A stretch of DNA of 64,000 nucleotides from Marinicella sp. GTDB taxonomy: Bacteria > Pseudomonadota > Gammaproteobacteria > Xanthomonadales > Marinicellaceae. The notes beneath the pieces are model-generated. The model was not told the DNA's origin. It searched no databases and was given only the letters and a program-made list of their open reading frames with translations. The DNA lies in NCBI GenBank assembly GCA_965230295.1, contig OZ246001.1, positions 3,072,001 to 3,136,000 on the forward strand, in the 5' to 3' direction. Made by a program: the position numbers and the translations under genes. Positions 39,191 through 48,140 of this stretch are shown piece after piece. The first letter of the stretch is position 1. Every line of letters starts with the position of its first letter.

Positions 39191-39954
39191 GTGCTTTTGA
39201 GTTTGTGGTGTGTATCCCGGCCCGATTTGCATCAACCCGGTTGCCAGGAAAACCCTTGATTAAACTGAAGGGTAAAGAACTGGTTCTTTGGGCCGTTGAG
39301 GCTGCCAATCGCTTAGGCGCCACTCAAGTGGTGGTGGCCACTGATGATCACAGGATTGAATCTCTGGTTCAAAACCATGGACATCAAGCCGTGATGACCC
39401 GGTCTGATCATCCCACCGGGACCGATCGCATCGCTGAATGTGCTGAATTGATGGGGTGGGGGGACAATACGTGGGTGCTGAACTACCAGGGAGATGAACC
39501 TAACATTCCAATAACCAATGTTCAACAAGTGGTCGAGGTGGTCAAAAAACATACCGATGCCAGCATCGGAACTTTGTATCAAAAAATTCACAGTCTGAAA
39601 GATTTGTTTAACCCCAATTTGGTTAAGTTGGTGACGGATGAACATCAGCGTGCACTTTATTTCAGCCGCGCATCGATCCCTTGGTCACAAAAGGAGTTCT
39701 CAAAAGATCAAAGTGCAGATGACCCATTGCCTAATGGCGTAGACTACAAACACCACATTGGTTTGTACATGTATAAAGTGGCATTCCTTAAACGATTCAG
39801 CCAAACGGCACCCAGTGATCTTGAGTTAACCGAGTCTCTAGAACAGTTAAGGGCATTGTCTATGGGGGAAAAAATAGTGGCTGCTGCAGCAGTTGAACCA
39901 ATGCCTCATGGCATTGATACCCAGGCCGATGTTGAAAGGTTTGAAAATTCATAA
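39187..39954 (+). CDS. kdsB: CMP-Kdo synthetase
   Basis: IPARFASTRLPGKPL, GTDRIAE, QGDEP, LEQLR. Confidence 0.95.
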   Translation: MSAFEFVVCIPARFASTRLPGKPLIKLKGKELVLWAVEAANRLGATQVVVATDDHRIESLVQNHGHQAVMTRSDHPTGTDRIAECAELMGWGDNTWVLNYQGDEPNIPITNVQQVVEVVKKHTDASIGTLYQKIHSLKDLFNPNLVKLVTDEHQRALYFSRASIPWSQKEFSKDQSADDPLPNGVDYKHHIGLYMYKVAFLKRFSQTAPSDLELTESLEQLRALSMGEKIVAAAAVEPMPHGIDTQADVERFENS

Positions 39955-40069
39955 AATCAATATGTCATCCCACATAATCAACAAGAACGGGCTTTACTGT
40001 ATGAATAAAGGTTGTATATTGTATGATGAATCAATAAAATTTCCCGCTTAATTTGAAAATCTAGTCAAC

Positions 40070-42691
40070 ATGTTATCTACCAAACAAATCAGAGCAAAAT
40101 TCATTGATTTTTTTGCGCAAAATCAACACCAATCGGTCAAAAGCAGTTCTTTGATCCCAGGCAATGATCCTACATTATTGTTCGTTAATGCAGGTATGGT
40201 GCAGTTCAAGGATGTTTTTCTGGGGGCTGAAAAAAGAACATATACACGTGCGGCCTCTTCTCAAAGGTGTGTTCGAGCGGGTGGTAAACACAATGACCTG
40301 GATCAGGTGGGTTATACCGCCAGGCACCATACGTTTTTTGAAATGTTGGGTAATTTCAGCTTTGGTGACTACTTCAAACGAGAAGCCATTCAGTTCGCCT
40401 GGGACTTTTTGACCAAAGAACTTGGGCTGCCTGTTGAAAAATTGTGGGTGACAGTGTTTGAAGAAGATGATGAAGCTGAAAAAATCTGGCGAGATGAAAT
40501 TGGTTTTCCGGCAGATAAAATCAGCCGCATTGGAGCCAAGGATAACTTTTGGCAAATGGGTGATACAGGACCATGTGGACCATGCAGTGAAATCTTTTAT
40601 GATCATGGTGAGCATGTCGCTGGTGGCCCGCCAGGTACACCTGAAGAAGATGGTGATCGGTTCGTTGAAATTTGGAACCTGGTTTTTATGCAATTTGATA
40701 AGCAACCAGATGGTACTTTGGAAGACTTGCCCAAACCTTGTGTGGATACGGGGATGGGCTTGGAACGCATCGCCTCCATCCTTCAAGGTAAGCACAACAA
40801 TTATGACATCGACTTGTTCCAGCACTTGATCAAGCATGCGGCCAAATTAACTGGTGCCAAAGACTTGAATGATCCTTCGTTGAAAGTGATTGCAGACCAC
40901 ATCAGAACCTGTGCCTTTTTGATTGCAGATGGCGTTCTGCCATCAAACGAAGGTCGCGGTTATGTGCTGCGTAGAATCATCAGGCGTGCAGCGCGTCATG
41001 GACATAAGCTGGGTGCTGGTGGGTTGTTTTTTAATCAAATGGTTCAACCACTCAGGGAAGTGATGGGTGATGACTATCCGGAATTGATTGAGCAACAACA
41101 ACAAATTGAAGCTGCATTGAAAAAAGAAGAAATGAAGTTTTCAGAAACTTTAGATATTGGTATGCAAGAATACAAAAAGGCCACTGAATCATTGACAGCA
41201 GGTGAGCTTGTTTCCGGTGCTGTGGCCTTTAAACTTTATGACACCTTTGGTTTTCCATTGGATTTGACCCAGGATGTGGCTCGGGAAGATGGGCGTGTGG
41301 TTGATGTTGATGCATTTGATGTTTGCATGCAAGCACAGAAAGACCGATCAAGATCCAGTAAGCAGTTTTCACAAAACAACCAAATTTCTGCAGATGTCAT
41401 ACAGGCATTGACCCCAACCCAGTTCACTGGATACGGGAACTATTCAGGTGAAGCCAAAGTCATCATGGTGCTGAAAGACAACAAACCAGTTGATCATTTA
41501 TCTGTTGGTGATAAAGGCATTGTGGTGTTAGATCAAACACCATTTTATGCTGAATCAGGTGGCCAAGTGGGTGATGTTGGGTTGTTGAAAAACAGCAACT
41601 TCAGTGCCGAAGTGACAGACACTCAAAAAGCTGCCGGTCAATTTCACATGCATCACATTGAAGTCCATTCAGGTGCGATCAATGTCAACACACCTGTGAT
41701 TGCTGAAGTTGATCAAGCTTATCGCAAAAAGGTCATTCTGAATCATTCGGCCACACATTTGTTACATAAGGTGTTGCGCTCAGTTTTAGGTGAGCATGTG
41801 CAGCAGAAAGGTTCTTTAGTCAATGCAGATAAGTTGCGTTTTGATTTTTCACATGACCAACCAATACCATTTGCAGTATTACAAAATATAGAAAGCGAAG
41901 TTAATCTGGCAATCAGACAAAATTTTCACGCCAAAGATGTTGAAATGACATATGATCAAGCAATAGATTATGGTGCCATGGCATTGTTTGGTGAGAAATA
42001 TGGCGATCAAGTCAGGGTCATGGACTTTGGTGGATTTTCAGTGGAATTATGTGGTGGAACCCATGTAAGAAATACTGGTGAAATCGGTCTGTTCAAAATA
42101 ACAGAAGAAAATGCGGTGGCCTCAGGCATCAGAAGAATAGAAGCCATCACAGGTGAAGCGGCCATGTTGTGGGTGCAAAACCAAACAAAACAACTGAAAA
42201 ACTTAAGTCAACTGTTCAATGTGAAAACGGAACAAGTGACCGAATCAGTCCAAACACTGATGCAGCAGCACAAGCTGTTAGAAAAAGAAATGAATGAATT
42301 GGTCAAAGCTCAAGCCAGCGATTCAGTCAGTGATTTAAATGACTTGGTTGAAGAAAAGCAGGGTATCCATTACTTAAGTCATGTGCTGGAAAATTCTGAT
42401 TTAGATATAATGCGAGATGCCATTGATGGATTTAAAAGTCAATATGCCAAAGGTTTGGTGGTATTGGCCAACGTCGTTGATGATAAAGTCCAGGTATTGG
42501 TTGGGGTGACTAAGGCCCTGACTCAAGAATTGAGAGCAGGCGATGTGATCAAGCAAATACTAGAACAAATAGGAGGCCGCGGAGGCGGTAGACCTGATTT
42601 TGCGCAAGGTGGTGGAGAAGCCACCGGGAGTGAAATCAGCAGTGCAATAGAAAATGTTCTGGGGACCATGGCAGATAAATTGTCAAATTAA
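40070..42691 (+). CDS. alaS: Alanine--tRNA ligase
   Basis: DPTLLFVNAGMVQFK, RHHTFFEMLGNFSFGDYFK, HSATHLLH, ELCGGTH, GGRGGG. Confidence 0.98.
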   Translation: MLSTKQIRAKFIDFFAQNQHQSVKSSSLIPGNDPTLLFVNAGMVQFKDVFLGAEKRTYTRAASSQRCVRAGGKHNDLDQVGYTARHHTFFEMLGNFSFGDYFKREAIQFAWDFLTKELGLPVEKLWVTVFEEDDEAEKIWRDEIGFPADKISRIGAKDNFWQMGDTGPCGPCSEIFYDHGEHVAGGPPGTPEEDGDRFVEIWNLVFMQFDKQPDGTLEDLPKPCVDTGMGLERIASILQGKHNNYDIDLFQHLIKHAAKLTGAKDLNDPSLKVIADHIRTCAFLIADGVLPSNEGRGYVLRRIIRRAARHGHKLGAGGLFFNQMVQPLREVMGDDYPELIEQQQQIEAALKKEEMKFSETLDIGMQEYKKATESLTAGELVSGAVAFKLYDTFGFPLDLTQDVAREDGRVVDVDAFDVCMQAQKDRSRSSKQFSQNNQISADVIQALTPTQFTGYGNYSGEAKVIMVLKDNKPVDHLSVGDKGIVVLDQTPFYAESGGQVGDVGLLKNSNFSAEVTDTQKAAGQFHMHHIEVHSGAINVNTPVIAEVDQAYRKKVILNHSATHLLHKVLRSVLGEHVQQKGSLVNADKLRFDFSHDQPIPFAVLQNIESEVNLAIRQNFHAKDVEMTYDQAIDYGAMALFGEKYGDQVRVMDFGGFSVELCGGTHVRNTGEIGLFKITEENAVASGIRRIEAITGEAAMLWVQNQTKQLKNLSQLFNVKTEQVTESVQTLMQQHKLLEKEMNELVKAQASDSVSDLNDLVEEKQGIHYLSHVLENSDLDIMRDAIDGFKSQYAKGLVVLANVVDDKVQVLVGVTKALTQELRAGDVIKQILEQIGGRGGGRPDFAQGGGEATGSEISSAIENVLGTMADKLSN

Positions 42692-42816
42692 GACTTCAAT
42701 TTCATGTTGAAATATAGTCTAATTTGCAAGATGAAATAAGTGTGTAAAAAAATACAAAAGCCACTTATTTCGACAGTTCTACCCGAAGGGCTGAAAATAA
42801 CAAAAGGAGAATTTAA

Positions 42817-43047
42817 ATGTTAATTTTAACAAGAAGAGTTGGTGAAACGCTGATGATTGGTGATGATGTCACAGTCACAGTATTAGGCATCAAAGGAAAT
42901 CAGGTACGTATAGGTATCAATGCACCGAAAGAAATTGCTGTTCATCGAGAAGAAATCTATGAACGCATTAAGAACGAACAAGGTACTGATGCGCCAGCAG
43001 ACAGTCCCAGTGTTGAAATTGATGAAGACAATCTAGGCAACCAATAA
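42817..43047 (+). CDS. csrA: Carbon storage regulator
   Basis: [18 protein letters not shown]...[10 protein letters not shown], in alaS-csrA-tRNA-Ser synteny. Confidence 0.98.
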   Translation: MLILTRRVGETLMIGDDVTVTVLGIKGNQVRIGINAPKEIAVHREEIYERIKNEQGTDAPADSPSVEIDEDNLGNQ

Positions 43048-43064
43048 ATCCAATTAAAATAGTG

Positions 43065-43092
43065 TTGCATTCTGAGTATATTGTCTTAAAAT
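43065..43092 (+). promoter_or_regulatory. Stable-RNA-type sigma70 promoter
   Basis: TTGCAT-16-TAAAAT followed by a GC-rich discriminator. Confidence 0.6.
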
Positions 43093-43187
43093 ACTCGCCC
43101 TCTGAATCTGATGATTCAAGAATTTTAATTAGAAGTTAACCAATGCTATTCAGGAGTTCTGAAAAGCATTGACTTGTTGCTGAAGCA

Positions 43188-43329
43188 CAAGTATAAAAAA
43201 CACTCAGAACATGAATTTGGAGAGTTGGCCGAGCGGCTGACTAAAATGTCAGGAACATTTTAGCCCCGCGCAGCGGACCCTTCAGGGCGAAGGGCAGGAA
43301 GCCCGGAGTAAGGCGTCTCCCATTGGGAG
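43188..43329 (+). pseudogene. Duplicated tRNA-Ser leader and 5' half, interrupted by a 70-nt hairpin insert
   Basis: CAGAACATGAATTTGGAGAGTTGGCCGAGCGGCTGA is identical to the real gene 162 bp downstream. Insert at 43241-43310, then AGGCGTCTCCC. Confidence 0.8.
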
Positions 43330-43380
43330 CGTATACTTGAAACTGAAGATCAAGTAAAAAAACATTCAGAACATGAATTT

Positions 43381-43471
43381 GGAGAGTTGGCCGAGCGGCT
43401 GAAGGCGCTCCCCTGCTAAGGGAGTATGGGTTAAAAGCTCATCGAGGGTTCGAATCCCTCACTCTCCGCCA
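43381..43471 (+). tRNA. tRNA-Ser(GCT)
   Basis: Anticodon arm CTCCC-CT-GCT-AA-GGGAG, long variable arm, GGTTCGAATCC, CCA end. Confidence 0.95.
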
Positions 43472-43945
43472 TATTTATTGAGTTCGCGGAGCGAACAGAA
43501 ATAAATATATAGGAAAGTGAAGGTTGAGAAGCCGAGGTTTGAAAAAAACGCCTGGAGCGTTTTTTATCGCCGCAGGCGCCGCGTAGCGGTGGAAACAGGA
43601 TGTTTCCAATAATCCCTCACTCTCCGCCATATTTATTGAGTTCGCGGAGCGAACAGAAATAAATATATAGGAAAGTGAAGGTTGAGAAGCCGAGGTTCGA
43701 AAAAAACGCCTGGAGCGTTTTTTATCGCCGCAGGCGCCGCGTAGCGGTGGAAACAGGATGTTTCCAATAATCCCTCACTCTCCGCCATATTTATTGAGTT
43801 CGCGGAGCGAACAGAAATAAATATATAGGAAAGTGAAGGTTGAGAAGCCGAGGTTCGAAAAAAACGCCTGGAGCGTTTTTTATCGCCGCAGGCGCCGCGT
43901 AGCGGTGGAAACAGGATGTTTCCAATAATCCCTCATGCTCCGTCC
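43472..43945 (+). repeat. Three tandem 158-bp tRNA-linked (RtT-like) repeats
   Basis: AATCCCTCA recurs at 43453, 43611, 43769, 43927. Units end in the tRNA-Ser 3' 19 nt; the third end is degenerate. Confidence 0.95.
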
Positions 43946-44035
43946 TATTTTTTTGGTGAAACACTGAACTGAATAAATAGCATAGAATTGTTGTTGACTT
44001 AAGTTTAAAAAAGCAAGATAATTCGCAACCCTTGA

Positions 44036-44113
44036 GCGCCCGTAGCTCAGTTGGATCAGAGTACCTGGCTACGAACCAGGTGGTCGGAGGTTCGAATCCT
44101 TCCGGGCGCGCCA
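44036..44113 (+). tRNA. tRNA-Arg(ACG)
   Basis: Anticodon arm CCTGG-CT-ACG-AA-CCAGG. Promoter TTGACT-17-GATAAT at 43994-44022. Confidence 0.95.
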
Positions 44114-44248
44114 TTTTTAGATTGGCTTTTAAATACAATTTTATATCCAATCGTTCGTTGAAATATGAACAATAAACCTCATTTTATGATTGAACTTGGT
44201 GGTTTTAGGTATTAAAATTCGCCAGCTTGATGAAATGAGTGAATATGT

Positions 44249-44325
44249 CGGGGTATAGCGCAGCCTGGTAGCGCAACTGCTTTGGGAGCAGTGGGTCGGG
44301 AGTTCGAATCTCTCTACCCCGACCA
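44249..44325 (+). tRNA. tRNA-Pro(TGG)
   Basis: CGGGGTA acceptor, ACTGC-TT-TGG-GA-GCAGT, CCA end. Confidence 0.95.
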
Positions 44326-44343
44326 ATTTATGAAAACCGCAAT

Positions 44344-44420
44344 GCGCCCGTAGCTCAACCGGATAGAGCATCGGCCTTCTAAGCCGAGGGTTGCAGGTTC
44401 GAGTCCTGCCGGGCGCGCCA
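44344..44420 (+). tRNA. tRNA-Arg(TCT)
   Basis: TCGGC-CT-TCT-AA-GCCGA, CCA end. Confidence 0.95.
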
Positions 44421-44436
44421 GGCGGGACAAAAATAT

Positions 44437-44513
44437 GGTGGCCGTAGTTCAGTTGGTAGAGCGCCAGATTGTGATTCTGGTTGTCGTGGGTTCGAGCCCC
44501 ATCGGCCACCCCA
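44437..44513 (+). tRNA. tRNA-His(GTG)
   Basis: G-1, CCAGA-TT-GTG-AT-TCTGG, CCA end. Confidence 0.95.
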
Positions 44514-44571
44514 TATTCATTCCTCATCTCGGGCTTTTTATAGAATTAACATGCCCAAAATTTACAAACAA

Positions 44572-44657
<86 letters not shown>

Positions 44658-44683
44658 AACATTGATTTACACGTGGAGTTAAG

Positions 44684-45988
44684 ATGCAAATCTCAATTGA
44701 TCAGTCTGAAGGTTTAGAACGTTTAGTAAACATCGCTTTAGAGCCTAATGATATTCAGTCAAAAGTTGACGCAAAATTGGTAGAACTTGGTAAAGAAGTC
44801 AGATTAAAAGGCTTCAGACAAGGCCGGGTACCAAAGAACATACTGAAACAAAGATTTGGTCAGCACGCCAGACAAGAAGTTTTGGGCCAATTGATGCAAG
44901 ATTCAATTGAGCAAGCCATCAAAGACAATGAGTTGGAAATCATCGCAGCACCAGAAGTTGTTAAAGCTGATGACACCGATAATGGTGGATTTGAGTTCCA
45001 GGCTAAAGTTGAATTGATGCCTCAAGTTCCTGGAATAGAATTTGACAAAATTAAAATCGAAAAGCAAGTTGCCGAAGTCACTGAAAAAGACATTGATGGC
45101 ATGATCAAGAACTTGCAAAAACAAAAGCAAGATTGGAAAGAAAGCAAAGGAAAGATTGCCAATAAAGATTTGGTAACCATTGAGTACAGCGCCAAAGGAA
45201 AAGGGTTCACCTATCCTGAAAAGGGCACTGAGAAAATGGGCGTATTGTTGGGTGAAAGCAAAATTCCAGATGAGTTGAAGAATGCTTTGGTTGGCTTGAA
45301 GCAAAAAGAAAATGCGGAACTTGAGTTGACATTCCCTGAAGACTTTAATGTGGCTGATTTGGCCGGTAAGAAAGCAAAATTAAATTTTGAAGTTACCGAT
45401 GTCAGGAAAGCCAAACTACCTAAAATTGATGAAGAATTCGTGAAGTCATTCGGCGTCGAAAGTGGCAAAGAAGAAGATTTCAGGAATGACATCAAAAAGA
45501 ATTTAGACCGTGAATTGTCTCAAGCAGTTAACAACACATTCAAAACCAATGCATTATCCAAGTTACGCGAAGCAGCCAAAGAAACCCTGTTGCCCGAGTC
45601 AATGATCACCAAAGAAAGTCAGCACATGGCACTACAAGAACAGCAAAGAGCCAAACAAATGGGCCAAGCTGAAGCGCCATTGCGTGAAGCCAGTGAATTT
45701 GTCGATGCAGCAAAAGAACGTATATTAAACACCCTGATTATCCAGGATGTGGCCAGAAAGCAAGAAATCAAAACCGATTTTGCTCAAGTGCGTGAACAAA
45801 TCAATGAAATTGCACAAACATTTGAGCAGCCTCAAGAAGTGATACAAATGTATTATCAAAACCAAGACTTGATGGCCAGCATTGAACAAAATGTGATTGA
45901 ATCACAAGTTATGGAATGGATTGAATCACAAGTGGCTATCAAAGAAAAGAAAATGTCATTTGATGACATCATGAAACCAACTGCGTAA
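44684..45988 (+). CDS. tig: Trigger factor
   Basis: KGFRQGRVP ribosome-binding motif, FKBP domain, tRNA-Leu-tig-clpP synteny. Confidence 0.95.
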   Translation: MQISIDQSEGLERLVNIALEPNDIQSKVDAKLVELGKEVRLKGFRQGRVPKNILKQRFGQHARQEVLGQLMQDSIEQAIKDNELEIIAAPEVVKADDTDNGGFEFQAKVELMPQVPGIEFDKIKIEKQVAEVTEKDIDGMIKNLQKQKQDWKESKGKIANKDLVTIEYSAKGKGFTYPEKGTEKMGVLLGESKIPDELKNALVGLKQKENAELELTFPEDFNVADLAGKKAKLNFEVTDVRKAKLPKIDEEFVKSFGVESGKEEDFRNDIKKNLDRELSQAVNNTFKTNALSKLREAAKETLLPESMITKESQHMALQEQQRAKQMGQAEAPLREASEFVDAAKERILNTLIIQDVARKQEIKTDFAQVREQINEIAQTFEQPQEVIQMYYQNQDLMASIEQNVIESQVMEWIESQVAIKEKKMSFDDIMKPTA

Positions 45989-45993
45989 AACTT

Positions 45994-46596
45994 ATGAAGC
46001 ATATTGAAGAAGCAATGAATTTAGTTCCCATGGTTATTGAGAGAACGGCCCGAGGAGAGCGTTCTTTCGATATTTATTCACGCTTACTCAAGGAGCGCAT
46101 CATTTTTATGGTGGGCCAGGTGGAAGACCACATGGCCAATTTGGTGGTGGCACAATTGTTGTTTTTGGAAGCAGACAATCCTGATAAAGACATCAGTTTA
46201 TACATCAACAGCCCAGGCGGTGTTATTACTGCCGGGATGTCGGTTTATGACACCATGCAATTCATCAAGCCAGATGTCAGTACCATGTGTATTGGCCAAG
46301 CAGCCAGTATGGGGGCCTTCTTGTTGAATGCCGGTGCTGAAGGTAAGCGTTATGCTTTGCCTAATTCAAGGGTGATGATTCACCAACCTTCAGGTGGTTT
46401 TCAAGGTCAAGCTTCTGATATTGATATCCAGGCTCAAGAAATTTTGAAAATTAAGAAAAAGATGAATGAATTGATGGCGAAGCATTCTGGGCAGTCAGTT
46501 GAGCGCATCCAGAAAGACACCAATCGAGATCATTTTTTGAGTGCAGATGAAGCAAAAGAATATGGTTTGATTGATCAAGTCATTGAGACTCGATAA
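45994..46596 (+). CDS. clpP: ATP-dependent Clp protease proteolytic subunit
   Basis: [25 protein letters not shown]. Confidence 0.98.
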   Translation: MKHIEEAMNLVPMVIERTARGERSFDIYSRLLKERIIFMVGQVEDHMANLVVAQLLFLEADNPDKDISLYINSPGGVITAGMSVYDTMQFIKPDVSTMCIGQAASMGAFLLNAGAEGKRYALPNSRVMIHQPSGGFQGQASDIDIQAQEILKIKKKMNELMAKHSGQSVERIQKDTNRDHFLSADEAKEYGLIDQVIETR

Positions 46597-46615
46597 GTCC
46601 ACACTGTTGATTTTC

Positions 46616-46651
46616 AAAACCACATTTTAAGTCTTTGAAGTGTGGTTTTTT
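46616..46651 (+). terminator. Terminator-like hairpin after clpP
   Basis: AAAACCACATTT...AAGTGTGGTTTTTT. Confidence 0.6.
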
Positions 46652-46740
46652 ATTTTCCGGTGGGAAAAATTTACATGTTTGGAGAATAGTTTGCGCTGAT
46701 TTTAGCAATCTACCTATTTGTGTCAACTGAACATCAATTG

Positions 46741-46770
46741 CCCTTGAATAACAGACCAAAAGCCGCATAT
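46741..46770 (+). promoter_or_regulatory. Candidate sigma32 (RpoH) promoter for clpX-lon
   Basis: CCCTTGAA-14-CCGCATAT versus consensus CTTGAA-N13-15-CCCCAT. Confidence 0.5.
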
Positions 46771-46866
46771 TACCCCCAATTAATACAGTATTTGATCGCA
46801 TCACTGTATCCAGCAGCGATCAATTTTTGTATCATATCTATATTACAATTAAATTAAATCAGATCA

Positions 46867-48126
46867 ATGAGTGAAAACAAAGGTTTAGAAGAAGTCAAAC
46901 ATTGCAGTTTTTGTGGCAAAAGCCAACAAGAGGTCACAAAATTAATCGCTGGACCCAGTGTGTTCATTTGTGACGAGTGCGTAGACTTGTGTAATGAAAT
47001 CATCCGTGACGAAATGGAAGACACGTTGGCTGAAAGCCTGGAAGATTTACCAACACCCAAAAGGATTCATGAGCTGTTAAATGAATACGTCATTGGTCAA
47101 GAGACAGCCAAGAAAGTTTTGGCTGTAGCCGTTTACAATCACTATAAAAGAATCAGGTCTAATCACGCTGATGCCGATGAGGTTGAATTGTCAAAATCAA
47201 ACATCTTATTGGTAGGGCCAACCGGTTCAGGTAAAACTTTGTTGGCTGAAACATTAGCACGAATTTTAAATGTACCTTTTACCATTGCTGATGCCACCAC
47301 CTTAACCGAAGCTGGGTATGTGGGTGAAGATGTTGAAAACATCATCCAAAAGTTGTTGCAAAATTGTGATTATGATGTTGATAAAGCTGAATCAGGTATT
47401 ATTTACATTGATGAAATTGATAAAGTATCCAGAAAATCAGAAAATCCTTCAATCACCCGAGATGTTTCCGGGGAAGGTGTGCAGCAAGCCTTGTTGAAGC
47501 TGATTGAAGGAACTGTAGCCTCCATACCACCACAAGGTGGCAGGAAGCACCCACAACAAGAATTTTTACAAGTGAACACCAAAAATATATTGTTCATTTG
47601 TGGTGGTGCATTTTCCGGATTGGAAAAAATCATTCAAGAACGTTCTGTTAAAACCGGCATTGGTTTTTCAGCAGAAGTGTCTTCCCAATTAGAAAATGAA
47701 GCTGAATTGGCCATTTTTAAAGGATTAGAATCTGATGATCTGGTCAAATATGGTTTGATTCCAGAGTTTGTTGGACGATTACCCGTATCAGCAACACTTG
47801 AACGGTTGGATGAAAGTGCTTTGATCAGAATATTGAAAGAGCCCAAAAATGCCATCTCAAAACAGTTCATGCGATTGTTCGATATGGAAAATGTTGAGTT
47901 AGAAATTCGAGAAGATGCCTATGATGCCATTGCGAAATTGGCCTTGGCACGAAAAACCGGTGCCCGTGGTTTGAGAACCATCATGGAATCGGCATTATTG
48001 GACATCATGTATGAATTACCTGATCAGGAAAACATTGAAAAAGTTGTCATTGATCGTGCTGTCATCGAAGACGGTAACAAACCTTATTTGGTATACGGGA
48101 AAATCCCGAACCAGAAAACTGAATAA
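46867..48126 (+). CDS. clpX: ClpX ATPase
   Basis: CSFC zinc domain, [19 protein letters not shown] loop. Confidence 0.98.
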   Translation: MSENKGLEEVKHCSFCGKSQQEVTKLIAGPSVFICDECVDLCNEIIRDEMEDTLAESLEDLPTPKRIHELLNEYVIGQETAKKVLAVAVYNHYKRIRSNHADADEVELSKSNILLVGPTGSGKTLLAETLARILNVPFTIADATTLTEAGYVGEDVENIIQKLLQNCDYDVDKAESGIIYIDEIDKVSRKSENPSITRDVSGEGVQQALLKLIEGTVASIPPQGGRKHPQQEFLQVNTKNILFICGGAFSGLEKIIQERSVKTGIGFSAEVSSQLENEAELAIFKGLESDDLVKYGLIPEFVGRLPVSATLERLDESALIRILKEPKNAISKQFMRLFDMENVELEIREDAYDAIAKLALARKTGARGLRTIMESALLDIMYELPDQENIEKVVIDRAVIEDGNKPYLVYGKIPNQKTE

Positions 48127-48140
48127 TAGAAAACACTGAT

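Noticed and set aside
43453-43787. attL/attR of an island integrated at tRNA-Ser
   Set aside because: The 3'-end copies are in tandem with no cargo or integrase between them.
43472-43945. CRISPR array
   Set aside because: Whole 158-bp units repeat with no unique spacers, and there are no cas genes.
44226-44242. 17-nt identity CTTGATGAAATGAGTGA with 5435-5451
   Set aside because: Isolated AT-rich match with no flanking similarity; plausible by chance.
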